Origin: a virus
IMG/VR virus record: IMGVR_UViG_3300036826_000567
Location: 1-64,000 of that record
Length of the DNA stretch: 64,000 nucleotides
Reading direction: 5' to 3' (one strand)
The notes beneath the pieces are model-generated. The model was not told where the DNA came from. It saw only the letters and a program-made list of their open reading frames with translations, and made no database searches. A program made the position numbers and the translations under genes. This document shows positions 16,025 through 26,412 of this stretch, one piece after another; within the stretch, counting starts at the first letter, position 1, and each line of letters starts with the position of its first letter.

Positions 16025-16698
16025 GAGCTAGCAGCCTCTTGGAGATCGAAAGAGTACTGTGCAGATTTCAATCTTTGCCTCTCCTCTCTGTAGCGGATCT
16101 TTTTGCAGGTCAGGCAATCGCGGGTACCCTTCTGGGTATAACGAATGTTGCCTTCCGTCAGGGGATGCCCTCGTTTGCAATGGGTTAAGGCGCGGAGCTG
16201 TTGTGCACGGGCCGCCTGTGCTCTACGCACATGAAGGGATGCTCTACTGCGATGGGTATTGATCGTTGGGGTAACAGGCTCAAGATGTCTTGGGTTACAG
16301 CAGGCTCTATGCGGACAGTCGCTAGCAAGATCACAAGCCTTCGTATGACAGGTATGATCCAGCATCAAAGAGTCTGGGACAGAACCATACGTAAGGATGT
16401 ACGCTGCACGATGTGTTTGGATAACTGTATAGCTACGATCAGGATAGTAGTGCCATCCGCTTACTTGACCATAGCCGGTGTTACGTATATATCCAAGCCA
16501 TGGCCAGCAGGCATCTGGTCCCCCAGATTGATCGACACGAGCCCAAAAACGTTCTTCAAATGTCAGCGACCTGTCTCGCCTTCGCAGAGGAAGATCAGCA
16601 AAAACATCGCCCTTGTTTTTCAACCGTTTGTAATGACCCTGACACAGGCCGCAAGTAACAGCAAGAATTGTACACGAGGGAACAGAGCAAGTAGCCAT
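16021..16698 (-). CDS. HNH homing endonuclease (antisense insertion in the head-tail module)
   Basis: ERFWARVD...CWPWLG...GYG...HRAAY...LDHTC...CCNPRHLEPVTPTIN, C-terminal THCKRGH. Confidence 0.88.
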   Translation of the reverse strand: MATCSVPSCTILAVTCGLCQGHYKRLKNKGDVFADLPLRRRDRSLTFEERFWARVDQSGGPDACWPWLGYIRNTGYGQVSGWHYYPDRSYTVIQTHRAAYILTYGSVPDSLMLDHTCHTKACDLASDCPHRACCNPRHLEPVTPTINTHRSRASLHVRRAQAARAQQLRALTHCKRGHPLTEGNIRYTQKGTRDCLTCKKIRYREERQRLKSAQYSFDLQEAASS

Positions 16699-16717
16699 AT
16701 GCTTCTCCCGTTGAAGC

Positions 16718-16799
16718 CCCGAGTGAGTCTCACGGCACCTTGCTCGGGTGGCAAGAGTTTCGGGCTGCAGACCCTAGCCGTGAGACTGTAAGTATAGCA
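16718..16799 (-). promoter_or_regulatory. Extended -10 promoter (TGCTATACT) and structured 5' leader of the HNH gene
   Basis: TGCTATACT (complement of 16791-16799); 11-bp stem between 16726-16736 and 16777-16787. Confidence 0.55.
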
Positions 16800-16823
16800 T
16801 ATTTGGCTGAAAAGAGACACAGG

Positions 16824-17144
16824 ATGGATGCAGTTCTAGTACAAATGCTCACGGATATCGTGCAACATAGTAGCTACAATGGGCAGGACCAGTACGGAAA
16901 ACCCCAGCATAGCTCGCCAGTAGCTCGCAAAGCTCGCGTGCAGTACGAGGTGACGACGGTGATGAATCAGCAAGGCCAGGAGCGCACCTCCACAACCCTC
17001 GTGTACATGGATGGCACCTTCCCGCTCAGCGTCAGAGATAAACTCGTGCTCCCGGATGGGAGTGCGCCCGCCATTCAACTCGTCTATGCGCCGACTGATC
17101 CTGACAATCCTGGGGTCATCGACCACTATGAGTGCCGGTTGTAG
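16824..17144 (+). CDS. Head closure/stopper-like protein
   Basis: GQDQYGKP...motif, size and position. Confidence 0.6.
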   Translation: MDAVLVQMLTDIVQHSSYNGQDQYGKPQHSSPVARKARVQYEVTTVMNQQGQERTSTTLVYMDGTFPLSVRDKLVLPDGSAPAIQLVYAPTDPDNPGVIDHYECRL

Positions 17145-17231
17145 GGAGATAGACCGCATGTTCTCGCTCTATACGCCGCTGTTCCTGGTCAATGTGATGG
17201 TCTTCACCGGCTTTAACCGCAAGGGCTGGCC

Positions 17232-17636
17232 ATGGTAAGTCTCGACCTCAAAGGCGTGGCGCAGGTGACGCAGAACCTCCAGCGGCTCGTGCAGCCCAAG
17301 GCCCATGTACTCGGGGATGCGCTGCATGCTGAGGGTATGAGGATCATGCAGCAGAGTCTCCCACTGGTGCCTATAGATACGGGGCGCCTACGTAGCAGTG
17401 CCGCCGTCGATCAGCCTGTCCAGGCCGGATCAGTCGTGAGTGTGGAACTCAGCTATGGCAACGATGGTCCCCTCGGGCCGGCCCCCTATGCGGCGATTGT
17501 GCACTTCACGCCTGACCCCCCCGTCCATCATCCTATTGGTCAGGCGTACTTTCTGCAACAACCCTTTTTTCAGGCAACCGCCGGCTTCACGCAGCGCATT
17601 GCCGCCTCGATTCAGCAGGGGATACTGACGCCGTGA
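17232..17636 (+). CDS. HK97 gp10-like neck protein
   Basis: LVPIDTGRLRSS...YAAIVH...GQAYFLQQP. Confidence 0.8.
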   Translation: MVSLDLKGVAQVTQNLQRLVQPKAHVLGDALHAEGMRIMQQSLPLVPIDTGRLRSSAAVDQPVQAGSVVSVELSYGNDGPLGPAPYAAIVHFTPDPPVHHPIGQAYFLQQPFFQATAGFTQRIAASIQQGILTP

Positions 17637-18293
17637 GCATGCAGATTACCTGGGACATTAGTGTGAGCGTCCCGCAACTCGATACCCTCAATACTTTGAT
17701 GGAGATTCTCGTGGATACCACCCAGGCTATCAAGGACGAAATGGCCCGACTCAATGACGGTTTAGTCCGCCTGGCCGATACCCAGGTGCAACAAACCACG
17801 GCCTTGGCGACGGAGCTTGATCAGATTCAAGCAGAGATCGCCCAGTTTACCGAGGAGGATATTACGCAGGACCAACTGAACAATCTCCTGGCCTCGGTGA
17901 CAGACGCCGCCAATAAGGCGCACGCAGCGGCAGATACGGCGGCACAACAACTGACGACGATTCAGTCTAATACCGAAGCCATTACGGGAATCGTCCCCGA
18001 TGCGCCTCCGGCATAAGCGAGTCACTCGCATGGAACGTGCTGCGCGTCATGACCGCTACGGCGCGCCCTTGCCAGAACTGGCCGAGGCGAGTCGCCAGGC
18101 CCTCCACGATACGCCCGCCAATCTCACGCAGCGCCGGCATATCCAGGCGGTACTCGAGGAGACCTACCGCGTGCTGCTCCGGCGGGACATGAATGCGGAC
18201 GTGACGGTGAGCTTCAAGGTCGTGCAAGGGCGGATTCAGGATGACGTGCGCGTCGGGGTCGAGCGGCAGTATCGCTGTAGTGGGGAGGAGTAA
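17633..18293 (+). CDS. Two hypothetical genes (17633-18016 coiled-coil; 18030-18293)
   Basis: Co-oriented, tightly packed ORFs. Confidence 0.5.
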
Positions 18294-18295
18294 CA

Positions 18296-18709
18296 ATGCT
18301 CCTCGATGAGCTGGGAAATTATTTGCAGGGACAAGGGCTTGGCGTCCTTGGCACGGATCTCTTCCTGGGCACGCTCCCCATCGATGCACCTGGGGCTGGG
18401 GCGCAGGATGCGGTGACGGCGCTTGTCGAAACACCCGGCTTCCCCGCCCAATTCGTCCACTCGACGCTCGGGCCGGACTGGGAACAACCCGTGCTGCAGA
18501 TTCTCGTCCGTGGCGCCCCCTATGATTACGCAGGAGCCCGCAGCCATGCCCAGGACGTGTTTCTCGCGCTGGGCAAGATCAGCAATCAGGCGCTGAGCGG
18601 CACGCCGTATCTGTGGTGTCAACCCATCCAGTCGGTCTTTAAGTTGCGTGATGACGACTATAGCAGGCCAATCATGACCTGTCAGTTCCGTATCGGCAAG
18701 AGTATTTAG
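18296..18709 (+). CDS. Tail terminator-like protein
   Basis: LGTDLFLG...EQPVLQILVRG; GGAGG RBS; position before the tail genes. Confidence 0.65.
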   Translation: MLLDELGNYLQGQGLGVLGTDLFLGTLPIDAPGAGAQDAVTALVETPGFPAQFVHSTLGPDWEQPVLQILVRGAPYDYAGARSHAQDVFLALGKISNQALSGTPYLWCQPIQSVFKLRDDDYSRPIMTCQFRIGKSI

Positions 18710-18711
18710 GC

Positions 18712-19776
18712 ATGTGCGAACAGAGTTGGCGAGCATGGCTTGCCAAGGAAATTACCTTGCTCAGGAGCAGACTCATGGGCGAACCAGCAGAACACGGGAA
18801 ACCAGAAGACACACCGGGCCAGGGTGGGCGTCCTGAGACCCCACCGGGGCAGGAAGGCGAGCAACCGGGCCACCGCCCTGATGTGCCACCTGGGCATGAT
18901 CCAGAGCATGTGCCTCCCGGGCAACCGCATCCCGAACATCCGATCGCGACGCCACCAGAGGAAGGCGAAGACGACGAGGACGAGGCACAGCCGAAGGAGT
19001 AGCCAATGGCCGTCCTGAGTCAAGAAGCACGGCAGCGGGTCGCCCAGCAGTTTATGCAGCAAGCCAAAGGCCCGTTGACCATACCAAAAAATAGTATCTA
19101 TACCAGCGTGGGCAACCTCGACGACTGGTACAACACCAACGCGCCCAGTGCCAACCAGGCATTACCGCCCGATGCACGCGCGAGTCTCAGCCAGAGTGAC
19201 AAGGCGCTTATGAGTCAGCTCATTGTCGCTGAGCGCTACATGCAGGGAGCGTAGCCTATGGCAAGCGGCTCGGTGGTGGTGATTGTCCACCAGATTATGC
19301 CGCCGGCGACGAGTTTTGCCGCGTTTGGGGTACGGGCCGGCGCCAGCTCACCTGCCGAACAGGTGCCACATTGGGCCTTTGATGCTGCAGCTGATGAGTA
19401 CCTCGACTTCTATTGCACGCTCGAAGGCTATGGGGGGAATGGACTCACCTTCTCCATCAAGTCGATGGCGGCAACGGCGACGACAGGCGGGGCACTCATC
19501 GCGCTCGCTATCCGGCGTATCGCGGACGACGCAGAGGATATCGATACCGCGCAGACCTACGACTATAACGAGGTGCGGATTCCCTGTGCCAGTGCGAGCG
19601 GCGAGTATTCCTATGACACGATCACGTTCACTAATGGCGCGGATATGGACAACCTTGCGGAAGGTGAAGACTTTATTCTCCGCATGCGGCGTCGTGGGAG
19701 TGATAATACTAGTACAACTGGAGACGATATGGCAGGAGATTTCCAGTTCATAGATCTAATTGGACTAGAAAGCTAG
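18712..19776 (+). CDS. Three hypothetical virion genes (18712-19002 Pro/acid-rich; 19006-19254; 19258-19776 beta-sandwich-like)
   Basis: Tightly packed; RBS-like sequences precede 19006 and 19258. Confidence 0.55.
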
Positions 19777-19810
19777 TCGTGAGTGTCATACGCTCTGAAA
19801 GTTCATCCCC

Positions 19811-20539
19811 ATGGCTATACGCCTGGATGCCGTCAATGACCCCTTAGTCCGCACGACGAGCTTACCGCCGATCACGACCTTTAGCATCCTGTGCTGGGCG
19901 TATCTGTCCGTCGATCGCAATAGCTACAGCGAGGTCATGACCTATGGCAATAATAGCAGTACGTTCTATCAGTACGGCACGAAAGGCGATGGGACTACCC
20001 TTGGCTCCTATAATGGTTCCGTCGAAGGGACGGGCGTGGCCTGGACAGTCGGCACCTGGAAGCATCTGGCCATGACCGTCGCAGGCACCGGCGCTGGGCA
20101 ATTTCTCTGTTATCAGAATGGCGTGGTCGATACTACACTGGCTGGCAATGCCAGCGTCACGAGCGTCGGGTTGCGGCTGGGAACCAATTTTGGCACCAGC
20201 TCGGAGTGGTTTAACGGACGCATTGCCGCGGTGAAAATTTATGACGTCGCGCTGACCCAGGCGGCCATCGTCAATGAGATGCGGCAGTATCTCCCCTTCC
20301 GCACGGCCAACCTGAATATGTGGTGTCCGATGCTCGTGCATACCGATACGAAAGACTACAGTGGGGCGGGAAGGACCTGGACGAGTGATGGCGGCGCGCT
20401 GGCGACCGAAGACGGCCCGCCAATTCCCTGGGCACGGCAACCGTCCTTTGCCCGTGGAGGGGTCGGGGCCGCGCCGCCGACCGGGAAAGCCCCCCCGCCC
20501 TTTCATCGGCCCTGGCGTACCTGGAGGAGAGCTGCCTGA
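19811..20539 (+). CDS. LamG/concanavalin-like jelly-roll virion protein
   Basis: FSILCWAY...GTWKHLAMT...FNGRIAAVKIYDVALT. Confidence 0.75.
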   Translation: MAIRLDAVNDPLVRTTSLPPITTFSILCWAYLSVDRNSYSEVMTYGNNSSTFYQYGTKGDGTTLGSYNGSVEGTGVAWTVGTWKHLAMTVAGTGAGQFLCYQNGVVDTTLAGNASVTSVGLRLGTNFGTSSEWFNGRIAAVKIYDVALTQAAIVNEMRQYLPFRTANLNMWCPMLVHTDTKDYSGAGRTWTSDGGALATEDGPPIPWARQPSFARGGVGAAPPTGKAPPPFHRPWRTWRRAA

Positions 20540-21444
20540 TGAGTCGCATCTATGCAGTCACTTATAACGGCACCATTACGGCGGCTGGTGGTGATACCGA
20601 CCTCCTCTCAATTCAACCTGCCGATGACAAACCCGTCAAGCTCCGGGGCTTGCTCCTCTCCCAGATCAGTGAGACCGGCGATACGCAGGAAGAGGGCTTG
20701 CGTATGACCATACGACGTATGGGGGCCACGTTTACGCCTGGCACAGGTGGCGCGGGCACCATTACGGCAGCGGCCCCCGTGCATGACTCCGCTGATATTG
20801 TCTGGGGCTTTACGGCACGCGCCAATGATACGGGCATTGCGACCACGAGCGGCACGAACCAGGTGCTCATCGAGATTGGCTGGCTTAACCGCAACTCACC
20901 GTACGAGATGTGGTTTCCAGATCCACAATTTGCCCCCAAAGTGAAGCAAGCTGAGGGGTTAGTCATTCGCCAGGAGACCACACTGGCCGATGATATGACC
21001 CTCTGCTTAACCGCATGGCTTGAGGAGGAATAGTTCTTTATGGCCCTTCAATATAGCGATAATATTCGTAACGCCCAATTGGACCAGGTCGAGTCGGTAA
21101 CGGGCACGGCCCCCCTGCTCACCATTCGCACGGGCTCCCCACCTGCGAACTGTGCCGCCGCCAATCAGGGCACCGTCCTGGCAACGATTAACCTGCCCTC
21201 TGACTGGATGGCAGCGGCCTCGGGTGGCACCAAGACTATCCTCGGGGGGCCATGGACGGATGCCTCAGCCGATGCGGCTGGCACGGCAGGCCATTTCCGT
21301 ATCCATAACACGGCAGGCACCGTCTGCCATCTGCAAGGGACCGTGGGGCAAGGAACCGGTGATTTGCAGGTTGATAACGTCAATTTCGCCGCAGGACAGT
21401 CTTTTAGTATTAGTACATTCACTATTACAGCAGGTAACGGCTAG
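20539..21444 (+). CDS. Two virion structural genes (20539-21033; 21040-21444)
   Basis: Beta/Thr/Gly-rich; the second has ADAAGTAGHFRI...CHLQGTV, typical of small phage fibre/decoration proteins. Confidence 0.6.
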
Positions 21445-21469
21445 GCTCCTTTGCCTCTAGGGGCCTCTC

Positions 21470-23263
21470 ATGCCCGTCTGGATTAGTCGTCGTCCATCCC
21501 TCCGTCGTCGTCCACGCCGCGTCTTTACCGCGTCTGCGGGGATTACTGGTTCGCTGGTAGCCACTGAAGCCGCAGATACCCTGAGTGCTACGAGCACGCT
21601 TGCCCTCCAGGCGACGAGCACCCTCACCCAGGGCGGCCAGACCCTTGCCAGCACCGCTAAGACTGCCCTGCAGGCAACGGCCACCGTTCTCCAGACCGAT
21701 CAGACGCTTGTCAGTACGGCCAACGTCTCGCTCCAGGCCACTTTGAGTCAGACGCAGGCCAGTCAGACACTCACGACTACGGCTGCCCTGGCGCTGCGCA
21801 GCACACTCACTGTGACCACAGCCGCCGACAGCCTCAGTACCAGCAGCACGCTCGCTCTTCAAGGGACGAGTACGCTGGCGCAGAGTCCCCAGGCTCTGAC
21901 CGCGACAGCAACCCTGGCGCTGCGCAGTACCCTGACGCTCACGCAAACTGCTCAGATGCTGACGGCACTCGGTGGCACAGTCCCGATTACGGGCACGCTT
22001 GCCTTGCCCCAGGCCGATGAGACCACCACGACCACGGCCCGGCTCGCCCTCCAGGGTACTGCGACGCTGACGCCGGCGCCGCAGACGCTCACCTCTACAG
22101 GCTTCCTCCTGCTCGGGGGCACCTCCCTCTTGCCCCAAGCTGCGCAGAGCTTCAGCAGTAGCGGGGCGCTCGCGCTCCAGGCGACTGCGATCCTCCCCCA
22201 GGCGTCTCAGAGCCTGAGTGGCAACGGCCTCCTTCCGATCACGAGCACGAGTGCCCTGACTCAGGCGGGGGAAACGCTCAGTGCGACGGGGATTCGTCCG
22301 GCGCTTACCGCGATCCTCAGTCTCACCCAGGCCGATGAGACGCTGGCGAGTAGCAGTGGGCTTGCCGTCCAGGGGGCCGTCAGCCAAGCCCAGGCGGCTC
22401 AAACGCTCTTCGCGCTGGGGCAGGGGGCGGGCACGGGCCTGCTTATCGTCACGCAGGCGGCACAGACTCTGGCCTCGACCGCACGACTGGCCCTGCTTGC
22501 GACCAGCGCTACGGTCCAAGACGGCGAGAGTCTCACGGCCACAAGTACGCTCCTCACCCATGGCACCCTCCTCCAGTCGCAGGCCGCGCAGACGCTCGCT
22601 GCTATCGGCGGGTCTCCTGGCTTGACAGGCACACTGAGCCTTACACAGGCCCCCCAGACCCTCACCGCGACGAGTACGCTCGTCACGCACGGAATGCTGA
22701 TCCAGACGCAGGGTGCTCAGGGACTTGCTGCGCTTGCTACGGTAGCTCTGCGCAGTAGCTTCGTCGCCTCGCAGGACGAACAGACGCTCTTTGCCTTCGG
22801 TTCTGGCCCTGGTCTGCATGGCATCGTGAGTGTGACCCAGGATGCTGATGCGGTGCTTGCTACGGGTGTCCGTCCGCTCATCACAGGCACACTCAGTCAG
22901 ATCCAGGCCGAGGATAGCCTCGCCGGGACGGGCCTGCTGGTGCTCGGTGCGCTGCTGGATGCGCTGCAAGAGGCAGATATCCTCGCTGCCCTCAGTGCCG
23001 TTCCACTTCAGGCTATGATGGATGCGCTTCAGGTCGCGCATACCTTGCATGCCTTTGGCGCGAAAACGCCGATGCCGGATCACATCGGAGCCAGCGATGG
23101 CGAGCTCATCGATGCCGATATCGAAGAGGATGCGCTCGTCACGGCCCATACCTCGGGCACCCTGAGCAGTGCTACAGGCCGCAGCACGGGTTTACACCGC
23201 AACGGCCAGGGGAAGCCCTCGGGCTTGCGCAGCGGCAAGGGTCACGAGCCCGTTTTGACGTAG
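21470..23263 (+). CDS. Thr/Ala/Leu/Gln-rich repetitive fibre-like protein (about 22-aa repeats)
   Basis: More than 20 imperfect repeats of the pattern L-x-Q-x-x-Q/D-T-L-x-x-T-x-x-L. Confidence 0.7.
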   Translation: MPVWISRRPSLRRRPRRVFTASAGITGSLVATEAADTLSATSTLALQATSTLTQGGQTLASTAKTALQATATVLQTDQTLVSTANVSLQATLSQTQASQTLTTTAALALRSTLTVTTAADSLSTSSTLALQGTSTLAQSPQALTATATLALRSTLTLTQTAQMLTALGGTVPITGTLALPQADETTTTTARLALQGTATLTPAPQTLTSTGFLLLGGTSLLPQAAQSFSSSGALALQATAILPQASQSLSGNGLLPITSTSALTQAGETLSATGIRPALTAILSLTQADETLASSSGLAVQGAVSQAQAAQTLFALGQGAGTGLLIVTQAAQTLASTARLALLATSATVQDGESLTATSTLLTHGTLLQSQAAQTLAAIGGSPGLTGTLSLTQAPQTLTATSTLVTHGMLIQTQGAQGLAALATVALRSSFVASQDEQTLFAFGSGPGLHGIVSVTQDADAVLATGVRPLITGTLSQIQAEDSLAGTGLLVLGALLDALQEADILAALSAVPLQAMMDALQVAHTLHAFGAKTPMPDHIGASDGELIDADIEEDALVTAHTSGTLSSATGRSTGLHRNGQGKPSGLRSGKGHEPVLT

Positions 23264-23273
23264 GAGGACGGTC

Positions 23274-23672
23274 ATGCCGACACCACAAATGCTGAGTGAG
23301 ACCTTACTCGAGGGAACCACGGGGATCTATAGCTTTGAACTGGTGGACGAGGAAGGCGAGGGGATTGATAGTAGCTTTCTCACGACATTGACCCTCACGC
23401 TCTATGATGTCGATACGCATCAGGTGGTGAATACTCGGAGCAACCAGGACATCCTCAATGCCAATAATGGCACGGTCGAGACGACGCCAGGGTCACCTGT
23501 GACGACGACCGTGACGTTTAACATTCAGCCCGAGGATACGCCTATTCTCAATCAGAACCGCCTCAAAGAAGCGCGCGTTCTCTCCTTTCGCTGGACGTGG
23601 GATAGTGGCCAGCGGATAGGCCGGCATGAGGTGCAATTCAACGTCGAGAACGTCATGATGACGCCTGCGTAA
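23274..23672 (+). CDS. Ig-like/BppU-N-like structural protein
   Basis: AGGAGG RBS; beta-sandwich pattern with IQPEDT motif. Confidence 0.5.
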   Translation: MPTPQMLSETLLEGTTGIYSFELVDEEGEGIDSSFLTTLTLTLYDVDTHQVVNTRSNQDILNANNGTVETTPGSPVTTTVTFNIQPEDTPILNQNRLKEARVLSFRWTWDSGQRIGRHEVQFNVENVMMTPA

Positions 23673-23758
23673 TCTCTGCTTGTGTTGCGCAGAGGGGTCT
23701 GCTAGACTGTCGGCAACAATGGCACGAGGTATTAACCTCACGCTGCGGTAGTGAGATT

Positions 23759-23803
23759 AAGCCCGGATTCCTAGCGAGGCTAGGGGCCGGGCTTTTGTCG
23801 TTT
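23759..23803 (+). terminator. Putative intrinsic terminator
   Basis: AAGCCCGG...CCGGGCTT stem with inner CCTAGC/GCTAGG, followed by a T-rich tract. Confidence 0.55.
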
Positions 23804-23815
23804 CTGGGGGTCGTG

Positions 23816-24421
23816 ATGGCCGATGAGGTTGCTCCAGCGCTTACTGATGAGACGCCTGCACCCCTCATCCCCGAGGTGGTCAGCGACACGCCTGCGCCGA
23901 CCGAGACGCTCCTGCCCGAGAACCTGCATGTGGCCATCTGGGACACGCCGCCGAGTTATCTCTGCCTCCCATGCAACTACAAAGATCCCGACTACCCCAC
24001 CCTCGTCACCCATCTCCAGACGGTCCATGGCTTGGAGCCCGTGCTGACGATCTTTGCCCGTGACATTTTGTCTGGCCAGGCGGCGACGTTTGGCCTCGCG
24101 GAGGCATTTCATATGAGCGAACCAACCTACCGCACTGAGGAGACTCAGGACGGGACCAAGTATATCTGCCTGTGGTGCGAACGGGCCGGGAGTGGGCACT
24201 GGTCCTATGACAAGGCCCTCTTTGTATCGCATCTCGAACAGAGACATGACGGCAGATTAGTGCAAGACAAACCACAAGAACAGGCCGGCGAGGGCGAGGT
24301 GACCGACACCGCCCAGCCTGACCCGAGTGCGCCCCCTCCCTCCACAGATCAGCCACCTGAAGAGGGCGGATCGGTGCCGCATGCAAGCGAGGCGCAGGGG
24401 GCCACGGAGCCGGGAGCGTAA
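23816..24421 (+). CDS. Hypothetical protein with two C2H2-like zinc fingers
   Basis: YLCLPC...THLQTVH and YICLWC...SHLEQRH. Confidence 0.6.
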   Translation: MADEVAPALTDETPAPLIPEVVSDTPAPTETLLPENLHVAIWDTPPSYLCLPCNYKDPDYPTLVTHLQTVHGLEPVLTIFARDILSGQAATFGLAEAFHMSEPTYRTEETQDGTKYICLWCERAGSGHWSYDKALFVSHLEQRHDGRLVQDKPQEQAGEGEVTDTAQPDPSAPPPSTDQPPEEGGSVPHASEAQGATEPGA

Positions 24422-24424
24422 CGT

Positions 24425-25144
24425 ATGGCCACCGCTGCGATTGCTGCCTACGGCATAGAGCTCAGGCTCAGTGATGGCGTGCCCCTGGCTCCCCTCGCTG
24501 TCACCTCTGTGTCTGCCACGCCGGGGCCGATCATGCTGATGACGGCGGGACATGGCGTCCCTGTCGGGGATGTCACCTGGGTTGATGTCGCTGGGGTTGG
24601 TGGCACCACGGCGGCGAATGGCACCTGGGTCGCTGAAGCCGCCTCGACCACGGCGCTCCTCCTACGCAATAGCGCCTGGAATGCCACATACACGTCAGGG
24701 GGCACGATCACGATCCATGGCACGTTCACGCATGTCGCGGAACTGGTGAACCTAACGCCCATTTCAGTACAGTTCAATATGGTCGATTGCAGTGCACATG
24801 ACGGGTCGGGCTGGGGGTCCGCAATACCGACACAAAAGAATGGCGTAGAGATGCGTGTCGAATTGAACTCAGTCCCAGACGATCCTACGCACGATCACCT
24901 GACTGGACTCCTGCATATGGCTCTGACCAAGGAACGCCGCGACTTCCTGGTTGTGATGCCGGACCCTGGCAAGTCCACCGTCGCGTTTCGGGGTTGGGTC
25001 AGTGACCATGGAACACAGACGCCGGTTGATGGGGTATTAAGGGCTAATCCTGTATTGAGTATAGATGGTGAATTATTGATCGCCTTTGGTCCAGTTGTGG
25101 CGACGTTAGCGATGGAGGAAGAAGCGCTTCCCCAGGCAGCCTAA
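24425..25144 (+). CDS. Tail tube-like protein 1 with an inserted beta domain
   Basis: Aligns by eye with 25244-25660 (DCSAHDGSGWGSAIPT vs DVTSHDGSGWSSDIST); ~80-aa insertion near the N-terminus. Confidence 0.7.
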   Translation: MATAAIAAYGIELRLSDGVPLAPLAVTSVSATPGPIMLMTAGHGVPVGDVTWVDVAGVGGTTAANGTWVAEAASTTALLLRNSAWNATYTSGGTITIHGTFTHVAELVNLTPISVQFNMVDCSAHDGSGWGSAIPTQKNGVEMRVELNSVPDDPTHDHLTGLLHMALTKERRDFLVVMPDPGKSTVAFRGWVSDHGTQTPVDGVLRANPVLSIDGELLIAFGPVVATLAMEEEALPQAA

Positions 25145-25243
25145 ATTAACCATGTGAGCCGACTGGCCCGCCCTGAGAAAGTAGACCAGCCGACTCGTCA
25201 GCGCCGTCCTCCACGGAGAGACAGCGGAGAAAGTGTAGCATAA

Positions 25244-25660
25244 ATGGCCACCCAGGCAGTAGCGGCAACAGGCACTATCGTTCGCATTGGCGGCACTCCT
25301 ATTCCTGAATTGCGTAATGCTACTGATATTGGTACTACCCTTGCTATGGTAGACGTCACAAGTCACGATGGTTCTGGTTGGTCTAGTGACATTTCTACCT
25401 TGAAGCGTGGCAAGCCTATTACCCTTGAGATGAACTTCATACCTTCAAACGCGACCCACCAACTCCTCTGGACCAACTCGCTAGCGCGCATCTCCACTGC
25501 CTTTGAAGTCGTGCTCCCCACGACAGGGAACCCCACGTTTTCCTTCAATGCGTTTATCGGTGATATTGGCATCCCTGCGACCCCGGTCGATGGCGCATTG
25601 CCCTTGCGGGTCGTGATTACGCCCGACGGGGCTATTGACGTGGACTGGACGACGCCCTAG
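25244..25660 (+). CDS. Tail tube (major tail) protein 2
   Basis: DVTSHD...ITLEMNFIP...FSFNAFI; immediately before the chaperones and tape measure gene. Confidence 0.75.
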   Translation: MATQAVAATGTIVRIGGTPIPELRNATDIGTTLAMVDVTSHDGSGWSSDISTLKRGKPITLEMNFIPSNATHQLLWTNSLARISTAFEVVLPTTGNPTFSFNAFIGDIGIPATPVDGALPLRVVITPDGAIDVDWTTP

Positions 25661-25675
25661 AGGAGCCTTCATCCT

Positions 25676-26074
25676 ATGGACAGCATTGTCCCTCTCGTCC
25701 CATTGAAGCTCGACAAAGAGCGCTTCTTGCGTCTTGACATTAGCGCCCTCTGCAATGCCGAGCGTGACTTGACGGAGTTCTGGGGCAAGAAGACCAGCAT
25801 CTACAGTGCCCTCTTGGAGAACCCCATCGCGCTCAATGACCTGAGCATCATCGTTTTACATGGCCTGCGCCATGCGGACCCGACGCTCTCCCTCCCCGAG
25901 GTGAAGGGCATGCTCAATCACGCTTCCGTAGCGGACGTGCTCAGTGCGGTGACCGATGCCTGGACCAAAGCCACGCAGACGGCGGAACCGACCCCAGAAG
26001 GAGATGCTGCCTCGGACCCTCAGACGGCCATCTCGACTGGGGACAGCTCTGGGCCTTCGCCCGTGTCGAGTTAG
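25676..26074 (+). CDS. Tail assembly chaperone (gpG-like)
   Basis: Position between tail tube and tape measure genes; GAGGAG RBS. Confidence 0.7.
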   Translation: MDSIVPLVPLKLDKERFLRLDISALCNAERDLTEFWGKKTSIYSALLENPIALNDLSIIVLHGLRHADPTLSLPEVKGMLNHASVADVLSAVTDAWTKATQTAEPTPEGDAASDPQTAISTGDSSGPSPVSS

Positions 26075-26409
26075 GGCTGGCAGGCGCAGAGTTCTGGCGC
26101 TTGACGTTGTACGAGCTGGACCTGCTCACGGTACGCTGGCGGCAGCAGCAAGCCCGTGAGGACCGACGCGCCGCGATGAGTGCCTGGCTCCTGGCGAATA
26201 TCAACAGGGATAGTGAACATCGGCATGAACCGTTTCGTCTTGAGGAGGTGGTGGGGTGGCTCGGTCACGGCTTCCAGCGCCCCTCGGAAGCTCCTGCGAA
26301 GGCTGAGCCGGCCCCGCCTCCCGCAGAGCCGATGACGGTCGATCAGCTCAAGGTTCGCCTCGATATGATGAAGTGGCTCCATGACCAGACGCAGCAGAAT
26401 GGTGGCTAA
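26035..26409 (+). CDS. Tail assembly chaperone frameshift extension (gpT-like)
   Basis: The -1 frame is open from at least GACTGGGGA at 26035 (DWGQLWAFARVELGLAGAEFWRLTLYEL) and overlaps the gpG end; no good start of its own. Confidence 0.65.
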   Translation, partial: DWGQLWAFARVELGLAGAEFWRLTLYELDLLTVRWRQQQAREDRRAAMSAWLLANINRDSEHRHEPFRLEEVVGWLGHGFQRPSEAPAKAEPAPPPAEPMTVDQLKVRLDMMKWLHDQTQQNGG

Positions 26410-26412
26410 GGA

